Shown: positions 51,585 to 62,100 of the stretch, in pieces
How the letters are laid out: each line of letters starts with the position of its first letter
Position numbering within the stretch: position 1 is the stretch's first letter
Assembly: GCA_034530615.2 (NCBI GenBank)
Contig: JAVRCV020000052.1
Location: forward strand, 96,001 to 160,000
Direction of reading: 5' to 3'
Source of the DNA: Aulosira sp. ZfuVER01
GTDB taxonomy: Bacteria > Cyanobacteriota > Cyanobacteriia > Cyanobacteriales > Nostocaceae
Length of the DNA stretch: 64,000 nt
Position numbers and translations under genes: made by a program
The notes under the pieces: model-generated
Databases searched by the model: none
Seen by the model: the letters and a program-made list of their open reading frames with translations, nothing else
What the model was told of the DNA's origin: nothing

Positions 51585-52094
51585 ATGACTAAAAGATTAA
51601 ATATTCGGATTTGGACAAGTGTATTCAGTGTATTACTTTGGGGATTGATTGGCATCACAGCAATTATAGGTTATGCCCCCATAGCCTTGGCACTGGAATA
51701 CAACAAAGAAATTTTGGTAGAGTCGGATTTTTCGGGACGGGATTTAACAGACTCCAGCTTTACTAAAGCTAATCTCAAAAAGAGCAACTTCAGTAAAGCA
51801 AACTTGAGTGGTGTTAGCTTCTTTGCTGCAAATCTAGAATCAGCAAATTTGGAAGGAGCAAATCTAACTAATGCTACGTTAGATTCAGCTCGCTTCATTA
51901 AAGCCAATTTGACTAATGCAGTGTTAGAAGGTGCTTTTGCAGCGAATGCTAAGTTTGATGGTGCAATAGTTGATGGCGCAGATTTTACGGATGTGCTGCT
52001 GCGTCCGGATGAGCAAAAAAAATTATGTCAGGTAGCTAAAGGTACTAATCCCACTACAGGAAGAGATACTCGCGATACCTTGTTTTGTCCTTAG
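51585..52094 (+). CDS. Pentapeptide repeat protein with signal peptide
   Basis: A(N/D)LxxA repeats; C-terminal LC..A.GTNPTTGRDTRDTLFCP. Confidence 0.88.
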   Translation: MTKRLNIRIWTSVFSVLLWGLIGITAIIGYAPIALALEYNKEILVESDFSGRDLTDSSFTKANLKKSNFSKANLSGVSFFAANLESANLEGANLTNATLDSARFIKANLTNAVLEGAFAANAKFDGAIVDGADFTDVLLRPDEQKKLCQVAKGTNPTTGRDTRDTLFCP

Positions 52095-52173
52095 TGCTTC
52101 AATATTTGGGGACGAAAGTCCTCACTACAAACGTATTTACCCTCAAAGATAGTAGCGATCGCCTATAAAATAC

Positions 52174-52509
52174 TTAAACTAAGCGAAAGATAAATGGGTA
52201 GCGATACAATACATCGCGATCGCCCAAGATTTTGACAATGGCAATGATGGGCATGATAATACTGATGACCCACAACCCAATCAATAGCAAAATCCCAATC
52301 CCCACCAGGGTTAGCAATCCAAAAATAATTCCGTAAATGTAAAGGTTGATGTGAAAATTGAGGGATTCTCTGGCATTGTCTTTAACAACGGGGTCGTTAC
52401 TCATCAACAAAATTGCAATCGGTATGCCAATAGATACAATTGTGGAGCTAAAAAATATCGCTCCATGACTTAGGGCAGATAACAACTTGCGTTGTGGGAA
52501 GTCTTCCAT
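52174..52509 (-). CDS. DUF4870 membrane protein
   Basis: SALSH, NARESLNF, YRYPFIFR. Confidence 0.8.
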   Translation of the reverse strand: MEDFPQRKLLSALSHGAIFFSSTIVSIGIPIAILLMSNDPVVKDNARESLNFHINLYIYGIIFGLLTLVGIGILLLIGLWVISIIMPIIAIVKILGDRDVLYRYPFIFRLV

Positions 52510-52594
52510 GACTCAATCCCTCTGGTTTTGCTCACTTCTCGATTTTACGATCGCAAGTTGCGATCGCCATCATTCTGTCAGAATATATTTGCAA

Positions 52595-54178
52595 CTAAAC
52601 TGAGGGATTTAATTTTTTCTCCCACAACCACCCCAATACACCTAAAGCTAATAACAAAGGTGTCAACCAATCACCCCAACGCACATATAAAGTTTGAGTT
52701 TGACGTTGATAAATTGTTTCGGCATAAGTTTCGTAGGTATTATATCTAGATATCCACAAGGTTCTACCATGAGGGTTGATAAACGCTGAATATCCGGTAT
52801 TAGTCGCCCGCACTGACCATCTATCAGTTTCAATTGCCCGCATGATATCCTGTGCATGGTGCTGGAAGGGCATGGCAGCAGTGTAATGTGCATCGTTGGA
52901 GGAACTGAGGATAAATTTCCCACCCGCCGCAGCTTGACGACGAAATTGCGAAGAAAAGGCTGAGTCGTAACAAATACCAACAATTACACGCCCAAAAGGG
53001 GTATTAAATAGTTGATTGGGCGAACCAGGAACTTGATGTTCATCCAGAGGTGACAGGCGTTGAATGATCTGTCCTAAAATCGCCTCGAAAGGGATATATT
53101 CACCTAATGGTACTAGTTTGGTTTTGTCGTAGCGGCTAAAAGCTTCTCCTTTACTAGTATAGGTAAACAAGCTATTGGTGTAACTGCGTCCTCTTTCTCC
53201 AAAAGCACCAATCCAAGCAACTACGCCTTTTTCCTTCACTGCTGAGATGATGGGAGTTGTGCTTAAGTCACGTTGGAAAAAAGGTAAGGCTCCTTCTGGG
53301 GTGAGGACTGCATCTACACCTCGATCTGCTAAAGTTAAATATCCGTTGGTGTAGCCTGCGATCGCCCGTCGCAATCCTTCTGGTTTTAGTTTAATAATGT
53401 TGGGAATGTTACCTTGAACAATTCCTATTTTTAAGGCTTGTTCTGGAGTTTGGCTGAGGGGAACACTGTAGAAGCTAAAACCGATGAGGTGTAGGGTGAT
53501 GAATAGTAATGTTGCAAGTGCAAAGTATTTATTAACGAACCGCTGAGGCGCAGAGGAACCAGAGGAGGAGATTTTACGGTTAATCCAGGCTTCGGCAATA
53601 AAGCCATTTACGGCGACAATTGCGGCTGTAATAGCGCTTGGCCCGGCGAGTTGACCGAGGTGTAAAATTACTAAATTCTGCGGACTTTGGGTGTATGAAA
53701 GAGAACTCCACCATAAAGCGCCAGCACTCCAAATTCCTTCTAATAAGCACCAGATAGCTGTGCCGATAAGTACCCGCAATACAGGTTTTGAGACAGCTAA
53801 ACGCACCATCAAAGCTGCCCAAGCAACGACAATGGCTGCACCCCAAAGGGTAACGAATGTCAAACAGAAGATGGTAATTGCCAAACTCGCCAGCCAAGGA
53901 ACACCCAACCAATCCATTGGATGGATGCCGGTAATCCAGAATAAAGCTAATCCGTGATAACCAATACCCCAAAATAAAGGTAAAAAGAAGAATTTTCGCC
54001 TTTTACCTTCTAAGTTTGTACTTTTTTGAACAACTAACACCCAGAGAGGGACGAGGGCAATCCAAGCTAGAAACCATGCGCCTACAGGGGCTACAGTTAG
54101 CCCCATTAATACCCCACTAATGAAGGATAAAATGTAAAGGCTAAAGGATGAAAATAGCTTTTTTGTTTGATACTTCAT
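52595..54178 (-). CDS. lnt: Apolipoprotein N-acyltransferase
   Basis: VQGNIP, PE, KTKLVPLGEYIP, ICYDS, RAIETDR, ATNTGYS. Confidence 0.93.
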   Translation of the reverse strand: MKYQTKKLFSSFSLYILSFISGVLMGLTVAPVGAWFLAWIALVPLWVLVVQKSTNLEGKRRKFFFLPLFWGIGYHGLALFWITGIHPMDWLGVPWLASLAITIFCLTFVTLWGAAIVVAWAALMVRLAVSKPVLRVLIGTAIWCLLEGIWSAGALWWSSLSYTQSPQNLVILHLGQLAGPSAITAAIVAVNGFIAEAWINRKISSSGSSAPQRFVNKYFALATLLFITLHLIGFSFYSVPLSQTPEQALKIGIVQGNIPNIIKLKPEGLRRAIAGYTNGYLTLADRGVDAVLTPEGALPFFQRDLSTTPIISAVKEKGVVAWIGAFGERGRSYTNSLFTYTSKGEAFSRYDKTKLVPLGEYIPFEAILGQIIQRLSPLDEHQVPGSPNQLFNTPFGRVIVGICYDSAFSSQFRRQAAAGGKFILSSSNDAHYTAAMPFQHHAQDIMRAIETDRWSVRATNTGYSAFINPHGRTLWISRYNTYETYAETIYQRQTQTLYVRWGDWLTPLLLALGVLGWLWEKKLNPSV

Positions 54179-54295
54179 AAGATTTCTTGCAAAAATCCGA
54201 ATAAGAATAAAAAACCACAGATGAACACCGATTAACACCGATATTTATCTGTGGTTCGATATCCAAAAAATCGACTTATGCAAAAGGTCTATACT

Positions 54296-56896
54296 TCATT
54301 CTGCCTCTTCTAAAAGACCTGTATCACCCGTATCAGGAGGAACTATGGCTACTCCGGTGATGGCATCATCTTCGTCTAAGCGCTGAACTCTCACGCCTGT
54401 TGCCGATCGCGATTGTACGGAAATTGCATTCACCGCTTGGCGTATAATAATACCGCGATTTGTTACCATCATGATTTCGTCGTCGCTGTTGACAATCTGC
54501 AAGGTGGCTAATTTGTCTTTGGTTTTGCGGTTTTTGAATTTGGTTGCCATCAAACCCTGACCGGCACGATTTTGCAACCGGAATTGGGCAACTGGGACGC
54601 GCTTGCCATATCCACCCATCGTAATTACCAACACCCAAGGGCCAGTACTACCAATAGCTGCTACTTCTGTGGATTCTTCATTTTCGATATCTTCGGTTTC
54701 GAGGATCTCTTCAATATCGGCCTCGGTTTCGGTATCTGTACTCAAGGTGTCGAGAATGGCGGCGGGAAGGATATCCATCCCGACTAATTCATCACCGGGC
54801 TTAAGTTTCATGGATTTTACACCACGAGTTGCCCTACCTAGAGGACGCAATTGTTCGTGGTTACAGCGAAAATGAATTGCCATCCCATGACGAGAACCTA
54901 CAATTACACTGTCTTCTACCCTAGCGCGTCGTACCCAGCGTAATTGGTCGCCTTCTTCTAAGGAAATTGCTATTAAGCCGTTGGCGCGAATGTTACTAAA
55001 TGCTGTCAAATCAGTTTTCTTGATATTGCCACCTTTGGTGAGCATCACCAGATATTCTTCACTGGTAAACTCATCAACTGGAACAATGGAAGTAATTTTT
55101 TCTTCCTTGGGAATGGGCAACATTTGCACAATTGGTGTACCGCGACTGGTACGGGAACCCACGGGAATTTGATAAGCTTTCAGGCAGTAGACTACACCGC
55201 GATCGCTAAAAAATAAAACACTGTCGTGATCGCAGCAAGTCAAGAAATGTTCAATGGTGTCATCATCTTTGACCTTAGCCCCGGCTTTGCCTCTGGTAGC
55301 GCGGCTTTGAGCTTCAAAGGTGTTGACTGGCATCCGTTTGATATAACCTTGCTCTGTTAGCAAAATGATTGCTTTTTCATTTGCTATCAGGTCAAGATCG
55401 TCTAATTCTCCTTCTGCATGGGTAATTACAGTGCGTCGGGGTGTGGCGAAGCTAGTTTTGATTTGCGCAACTTCGTCTTCAATGATTGCCAGCACTCTTT
55501 CCCGCCGTGCCAAAATATCTTGCAAGTCGGCAATTTGTGTTTGTAAATCTTCGTGTTCTTGGCGAATTTTATCTGCTTCTAGGGCTGTTAAGCGCCGCAG
55601 TTGCATCTGTAAAATTGCATCTGCTTGGACTTCCGAAAGCCCGTATGTGGTAATTAGTTCACCTTTGGCTGTGGGTGCATCGGAAGCATGGCGAATTAAG
55701 TTAATGATTGCATCTAAATGCGATAGAGCAATTAACAATCCTTGTAAGATATGGTCACGGTCTTCCGCTTTCCGCAGTTCATAGCGTGTGCGTCTGTTAA
55801 TCGATTCAATACGGAAATCTAAGAAGACTTCTAAGAACTGCTTGATGGTGAGGGTTTGAGGTTCACCATTCACCAACGCCAGCATATTTGCCCCAAAGTT
55901 GGCTTGCAGTGGGGTTTGCTTGTAGAGGTTATTCAGTACTACCCTAGGATAGGCATCGCGCTTGAGTTCGATGACAATTCGCATCCCATCGCGATCGCTT
56001 TCATCCCGAATATCTGCAATTCCCTCGATGCGTTTATCATTCACCAACTCGGCAATTTTTTCAATTAATGCGGCTTTGTTGGTTTGATAGGGCAATTCGG
56101 TGATGATAATTGCTTCTCTTTCTGGTCTTCCTCTTTGTTCAATGGTTTCGATGTTAGCCACGCCGCGCATGGTAATCGAACCGCGCCCGGTGGTGTAAGC
56201 TTCTTTAATTGCAGCCGTTCCCAAAACCTGGGCCCCAGTGGGAAAATCTGGGCCGTGGATATACTGCATTAACTGGAGATTGGTGATTTCTGGATTGTGA
56301 ATCAATGCCACTAATCCATCAATCAATTCGCCTAAATTGTGCGGCGGGATGTTTGTTGCCATCCCCACAGCAATCCCAGAGGAACCATTCAGCAACAGCT
56401 GGGGAATCCGTGATGGTAGAACTGTTGGTTCTTGTTGGGAACCGTCGAAGTTATCAATAAAATCTACGGTTTCCGATTCGATGTCGTGGAGTAAGGCTAG
56501 GCTAGTTAAGGCTTGCAAGCGACATTCTGTGTACCGCATTGCCGCTGGCGGATCGTTGTCTACTGAACCGAAGTTACCATGCCCGTTGATTAAGGGCGAT
56601 CGCATGGAAAAATCCTGCGCCATCCGCACCAAGGCATCATATACTGCCGTGTCGCCGTGAGGGTGATATTTACCCAAAACTTCCCCCACCACACGGGCGC
56701 ATTTACGGAATGGGCGATCGTGCGTCAAACCTAGCTCGTGCATTGCGTAGAGGATGCGACGATGCACAGGTTTCAGACCATCCCTGGCATCTGGCAGCGC
56801 CCGACCCACAATCACACTCATGGCGTATTCCAGATAAGACCGGGACATTTCGTTCCGCAGATCTGTCGGGATAATCCTCTCCTGTGAGGTTGTCAT
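54296..56896 (-). CDS. gyrA: DNA gyrase subunit A
   Basis: [25 protein letters not shown]-terminal pinwheel with QSRATRG box. Confidence 0.97.
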   Translation of the reverse strand: MTTSQERIIPTDLRNEMSRSYLEYAMSVIVGRALPDARDGLKPVHRRILYAMHELGLTHDRPFRKCARVVGEVLGKYHPHGDTAVYDALVRMAQDFSMRSPLINGHGNFGSVDNDPPAAMRYTECRLQALTSLALLHDIESETVDFIDNFDGSQQEPTVLPSRIPQLLLNGSSGIAVGMATNIPPHNLGELIDGLVALIHNPEITNLQLMQYIHGPDFPTGAQVLGTAAIKEAYTTGRGSITMRGVANIETIEQRGRPEREAIIITELPYQTNKAALIEKIAELVNDKRIEGIADIRDESDRDGMRIVIELKRDAYPRVVLNNLYKQTPLQANFGANMLALVNGEPQTLTIKQFLEVFLDFRIESINRRTRYELRKAEDRDHILQGLLIALSHLDAIINLIRHASDAPTAKGELITTYGLSEVQADAILQMQLRRLTALEADKIRQEHEDLQTQIADLQDILARRERVLAIIEDEVAQIKTSFATPRRTVITHAEGELDDLDLIANEKAIILLTEQGYIKRMPVNTFEAQSRATRGKAGAKVKDDDTIEHFLTCCDHDSVLFFSDRGVVYCLKAYQIPVGSRTSRGTPIVQMLPIPKEEKITSIVPVDEFTSEEYLVMLTKGGNIKKTDLTAFSNIRANGLIAISLEEGDQLRWVRRARVEDSVIVGSRHGMAIHFRCNHEQLRPLGRATRGVKSMKLKPGDELVGMDILPAAILDTLSTDTETEADIEEILETEDIENEESTEVAAIGSTGPWVLVITMGGYGKRVPVAQFRLQNRAGQGLMATKFKNRKTKDKLATLQIVNSDDEIMMVTNRGIIIRQAVNAISVQSRSATGVRVQRLDEDDAITGVAIVPPDTGDTGLLEEAE

Positions 56897-57350
56897 AACC
56901 TAAAAAACTCCAAAAATCGCAGATTTTAGCCCTTGTACTTGACAAATTGCAAAATTATTCCAATTTACTCTTGAATAATTGCTAGATTTTGGTACAATTC
57001 TAGCACATATTGCTTTTTGTTGCCGGGAGAGGTAAGTCTGAGGGTTAAGGAGAAACCTGACGAATCAATGGTAAATGACTGTACCTGAGAGGCTTTTGGC
57101 TGAGGGTTAAGCGAATCTAACTAAAACGCCTGCCAAATATAAGCAATTTAAAATCAAAAAAAGTATAAATAAACTAACCATTACACAGCAGGCATTATAG
57201 CTAATGAGCGTACCTCAATTAAATGTTTGACAGAGCATTCAGATTGATTTAGCTATAGACATCACAGAGCAAATATTAGATAACGGTGTAGATTATTGCC
57301 ATCAGTTTTTACTTCTGTAACTGTGATTTTCCATATCATCTGAGACTACC

Positions 57351-57563
57351 ATGACTTTTCAACAATTACGAATTGGCGATTACTTTCGGATTCCTGGTAT
57401 AAGTTTCAAATGTGTGTATAGAAAAGCTAGTAATTCATCTTGCAGTTTGAATTCTCTATTAGAACCTATTCGACCAGGAACAACAGTTGTACCGTTAAAT
57501 CAAGCACAAATTGCTAAGTATATGGCAGAAAAGCGAGATTTCTGGAAAAGCTTACAGGAATAG
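57351..57563 (+). CDS. Small hypothetical protein
   Basis: 70-aa ATG-started ORF in an otherwise intergenic gap. Confidence 0.55.
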   Translation: MTFQQLRIGDYFRIPGISFKCVYRKASNSSCSLNSLLEPIRPGTTVVPLNQAQIAKYMAEKRDFWKSLQE

Positions 57564-57710
57564 TGCTGCTGTGTGGAAGTCAAAAGTCAAAAGAATTGTA
57601 TTCTGGGCTTTTGCGCCCTTTCCTTTTTAATGGGATCTCTATTTACGCCGTGCTTTACTAGATATCAAGTACTCAGGGAAAGACAGATTTCAATTATGTA
57701 TTGAAGAGTA

Positions 57711-58007
57711 CTAGCAATACATTGTGACATCTTCACCACATTCATCTGCTAAATAACTTAGAGCCTTGAACCGTAGTTCAACTAACTGTTCGTAGAAAGG
57801 ATTGAGTTTACATAGAGGGGGAATGTAAACAAGCGTGCGATCGCAGAATTTAATTTCTCGCTCAAAAGGACAACTGGAAGGAATAATCGTACAAATTAAC
57901 CGCGCTAATTGGTAATTTTCTATTTTGATGGATTCTAGGAGTTGGCGGATTGGTTGGAGTAGAACCTTGCCAAAATGAATTGAAGTGGATTTAGTGGTAA
58001 ACATCAT
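57711..58007 (-). CDS. Mo-dependent nitrogenase C-terminal domain-like protein
   Basis: LQPIRQ..IPSSCPFER..IPPLCKLNPFYEQLVELRFKAL.YLADECGED. Confidence 0.85.
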   Translation of the reverse strand: MMFTTKSTSIHFGKVLLQPIRQLLESIKIENYQLARLICTIIPSSCPFEREIKFCDRTLVYIPPLCKLNPFYEQLVELRFKALSYLADECGEDVTMYC

Positions 58008-58522
58008 TTTTTTAGGGAATAAACTTGTTTAGGAGTTAGTAAGACTTTTTCTATTAGGAGTCTATCGGAATCGGAAGTATCTGCTATGATTATGTCTTTC
58101 GTCTTTTCATGCAGCAAAATTTTACCTTGAGCATCAAAACTAAAGTCTTGGCTAGGAATAAATCCTTTTTCAATAAGTTTTTTGAGAACAAATTTAGTAA
58201 CAGTTGCTAGTAACTGAGCATAGGGTTTCCAACCAGACAAATTATCTAAAATCCAGTGAAATGTATCTGTATCAGTTACAGATAACTCTAGTACTGCTGC
58301 TGTTAAAAAAGATTCTGTATATTGAAAACCCATGCTACTGTTTAGCTGAGTTATCCAACATTCTGCTAATTTTTTATCTTTAAAGTTTAAGATGTAGATT
58401 GCTCTCTCCAGATGAAAGTGAAATAGCTCTAAATCTTCCATATTGCACCAATGAGTTACAGCAAGAAATCTAACCAATTCATTAAAGAGAGGAAGTAGGG
58501 TGGAGGTGAATTTGGACTCCAC
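58004..58522 (-). CDS. Hypothetical protein
   Basis: 172-aa ORF overlapping the next gene; LIEKGFIPSQDFS motif. Confidence 0.6.
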   Translation of the reverse strand: MESKFTSTLLPLFNELVRFLAVTHWCNMEDLELFHFHLERAIYILNFKDKKLAECWITQLNSSMGFQYTESFLTAAVLELSVTDTDTFHWILDNLSGWKPYAQLLATVTKFVLKKLIEKGFIPSQDFSFDAQGKILLHEKTKDIIIADTSDSDRLLIEKVLLTPKQVYSLKK

Positions 58523-58634
58523 CCTGAGTTAAGGTGTATTAGGTTAGTTGTTTTCTACTTGCTTTTAACTTTAAAACTCAAAAATGCAGAAATTGTGGAG
58601 ATGGAAAGAAATTAGAAAAAATTTTTTGAGTAGT

Positions 58635-59009
58635 CTACCAGTTGAGAGCGGCTGCAATTTGAGCAGGTAATTTCATGGCTTTGAAAGGCTTGGTGATAAC
58701 TGCTCGCACTGCGAGTTCAGCAAATCGCCGTTTTTCAGTAGCTTGGGCTTTCGCCGTCAGCAAAATAACGGGAATTGATTGAGTTGCAGGATTCGCTTGT
58801 AATGCTTGAAAGGTAGCGATTCCGTCCATATCAGGCATCATAACATCCAAGAGAATCGCATCTGGCTGTTCGGCAACTGCTTTAGCTATGCCCTCACTAC
58901 CAGAAGCAGCCGTGGAAACTTGCCAAGCACCTACTGCTTTCAAGGCGAGTTCAGCTACTGCCCGGATATCATATTCATCATCAATGATAAGAATGTGTTT
59001 GGTGGTCAT
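58635..59009 (-). CDS. Single-domain response regulator
   Basis: ILIIDDE, LLDVMMP, LLTAK, ITKPF; start set at MTTKH (59009) because the longer ORF runs through a repeat element. Confidence 0.9.
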   Translation of the reverse strand: MTTKHILIIDDEYDIRAVAELALKAVGAWQVSTAASGSEGIAKAVAEQPDAILLDVMMPDMDGIATFQALQANPATQSIPVILLTAKAQATEKRRFAELAVRAVITKPFKAMKLPAQIAAALNW

Positions 59010-59046
59010 AACAAGTCTACCTAATATATTTAGGTTAAAGAAGAAA

Positions 59047-59115
59047 AGAAACGAACCGCATAGACGCGCTAGCGGCTTCCCGCAGGGTAGGACACAAAGG
59101 GCACAAAGGAAAGAG
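59047..59115. repeat. Small dispersed repeat (CTACCCTGCGGGAAGCCGC..GCGTCTA core); related copies at ~32340-32399 and ~20332-20350
   Basis: Reverse complement aligns with CTTTGTGTCCTACCCTTCGGGAAGCCAC..GTCTATGCG..GCGGTTCGTT at 32340. Confidence 0.7.
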
Positions 59116-59145
59116 ATTTTCAGAGATATTTTGTGTAAGCTCTGA

Positions 59146-62100
59146 TTAGTCTTGGCTGACTTCGCGATGATCGCCAATCATGCGGTTGAGTAAGTTAATT
59201 ACTCGCTGCTCAAATTCTTGGGGAGTAATGCGTCCTTTGGTGAAGAATAGGGTTTGCCCTAACTTTAAGCGATCGCGATCGCTCTCATCCAAATCCCGCG
59301 CTGTATATACAATTAACGGCACTTGGCACAAACGTTGATGTTGGCGTAGCCAATCGACAACCGCAAAACCGTCATTTTCTGGCAATCCCAAATCGAGTAC
59401 CAACAAGTCAGGCAGAATGTTCTGGCTGATCTGGATAGCTTCCCGTCCTGTTTGCGCATAAAAGGTAGTAATGCCGTGACGATTGAATAAGGCAATAAGT
59501 ACCTGTGCTAAATCTAGGTCATCTTCGACAATTAAAACTTTGATACAGGGATTTTGTGTAGCAGTAGCTTTTTCTAAAGCTTGACACAACAACTTAGGAT
59601 TGGGCGGTTTAACAATCCAATCGCTAACACTTTGCGGTAGACCTTTCTTGGCATCGGGTAACAAACCACTAAGAATAATTACAGGGATATTTTGAGTGTG
59701 TGGCTGCTGTTTGAGAATTGCTAGGGTTTCCCAACCATCCATACCCGGCATCATTAAGTTGAGAATAATTGCATCCGGATGGTACAACTTTGCTTGCTCT
59801 ACAGCTTCTTGTCCCGATGCAGCTGCCATGACGCGATAACCTTGTCTTTCTAGCATAGTTTGCACTACCACCCGAATAGAAGGATCGTCATCGCACTCTA
59901 TTACTAGAGGTGAGGCTGAGGATGCAGTAATTGGGATCAGCACAGATGGCGAGAGATTTTCTTGATTTTCTCTATTCCTTTGTCTGGTTTCATCTTCGGA
60001 AAGCAGTGGCAAAGTAAAGAAGAAACTGCTACCTTCACCCAAAGTACTTTCAACCCAGATTTGCCCGTTATGATGTTGCAAAATACTGCGACAAATCGCT
60101 AAACCTAAACCTGTTCCTCCCTTTTGGCGAGAGTCGGAAGCATCAACTTGTCCAAAGCGCTCAAATACAGATTCCAGTTTCTCTGCTGGGATACCCCGAC
60201 CTTGGTCTTTGACTTGGAAGCGGATTCGTTTTGCTGCGAGAACTTCGCCACTCAAGCAAATTGTTGAACCTGGTGGAGAAAATTTAATTGCATTGCTGAG
60301 TAAATTGGTAAAAACTTGAATTATCCGGTCAGGGTCAGCCCAAATTGGTGCTGATAGGGGCAAAACTGATAATGTCACCTCTGCTTGCTCTGCCATTTCT
60401 TCAACAATTTCTATTGATTCAGTCATTAAGTCGCCAGCATCGCAGATTTCTGGGGTCATTTGTACCTTACCGGACTCGATGCGCTCAATATCCAAGATGT
60501 CATTTATTAGACGAACCAACCGATCTGTATTACTAGCAGCAATATTTAACATCCGTTGCGCTTCTTCAGGCTCTGCTAAGAGAACTTCACCTGCTAATAA
60601 ATCCAAGGCACCAGAAATAGAAGTTAGGGGTGTGCGCAATTCGTGACTGACTACGGAAACAAATTCATCTTTGAGGCGTTCGATTTCGCGGCGATCGCTA
60701 ATATCTTTCATAAAGCAATAATGCCCCATGAATTGCTGCTGCTGGTCATAGGCTTTGACCATCACCACTTGTTTATCAAAAACCGATTTGTCTTTGCGCA
60801 CACCTCTAGCTTCCGCTTCCACCTTGCCGTTGGTCAGCATTAGTTGATAGGCTGCATTCAATTTTTCTAAATCTTCTGGGTGGACGGTTAATACCCATTC
60901 CATACCAATCATTTCCTCTGGTTGATAACCAACCGCGTTGGCATAAGCTGGATTGACTTTGAGATAACGTCCCTGAGTATCTAACTGTGAAATACCTTCG
61001 ACTGCGCTTTCAAGTGCCAGACTGAGGTGGCGAAGTTCTTCTTCGGCTCGCTTGCGTTCGGTAATATCATTATTCATCTCCAGCATTCTCTGCGATCTAC
61101 CTTGCTCATCGCGCTGCAATGCCCAACGGCTGTCCACCACAATAGGAGTACCATCACGTTTAATGTGTATGAGTTCACCTTCCCAACGCCCTGTTTGCAA
61201 AAGTTGGGCTTCAATTTCTGCGAACGGCTGAGGAAATTGGGTTTGTAGAAATTCATGAGAAATTTGTCCAATTGCTTCTGCTTTCGCCCAGCCGTACATT
61301 TCCTCTGCACCGCGATTCCAAAAGGTAATCCTGGCGTTGGCGTCACGGACTATGATCGTGTCGTGAGTTAGGTCAAGAAGAAATGCTTGTTTTTGTAGTT
61401 CTTCTTCTGATTGCTTGCGCTCGCTAATATCTTCAACTATGTAAGAAAATCGCGGATGGCTACTGCGATCGCTACTAATTGCCGAAACTGTCGCTGACAG
61501 CCATCTCTTACCTGTGAGGGTATCGTGAGTATACTCAAAGCGAACAGGAGAATGGCTGCGTTCGGCTTCGTGATAATTCTCAATCCACTGGTGTATATAA
61601 TTTGGTGGCGCACCCAATTCGCTGGCTAGCCGATTTTGCATGAGCGCTGGTGTCAGTCCATAAAATTTCGCGGCGGCAGCATTATCAGAAATATGTAGAA
61701 TGTCATCATCTATCACCTCAACAACTCCCATCAGCATTGGTGCGCTATCAAAGAAACTGCGGAGAGTGGCTTCACTGTGGCTCAGTGCTTCTTCTGAGCG
61801 TTTGCGATCGCTAATATCTGTGATTGTGCCAATAAAGCCAGTAACTTCTCCTACCGTTCCAATCTCCGCTATTGCCTGAGCTAACACCCAAGTTGTTTTT
61901 CCCCTGGAATTCCGAAAACGATGCTCAGATTTAAAGGGCAATTTTTGTTGTATAGTTTGATGCCACTGTCTAATCACACGCTGGCGATCTTCATGATGCA
62001 AAAATTTTATCCAGCCTTCTTCAACTAGTTCTTCTGGAATAGTGCCAATAATCTCACACGCTTGCTTGTTCAGGAAGATGCAGTGGCCAAAAGCATCGGT

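Noticed and set aside
54660..54750. Acidic insertion in the GyrA C-terminal domain as an intein
   Set aside because: Short and low-complexity, with no intein splice motifs.
59010..59177. Extended N-terminus of the response regulator
   Set aside because: It runs through a dispersed repeat and overlaps the upstream kinase; the start is more likely at 59009.
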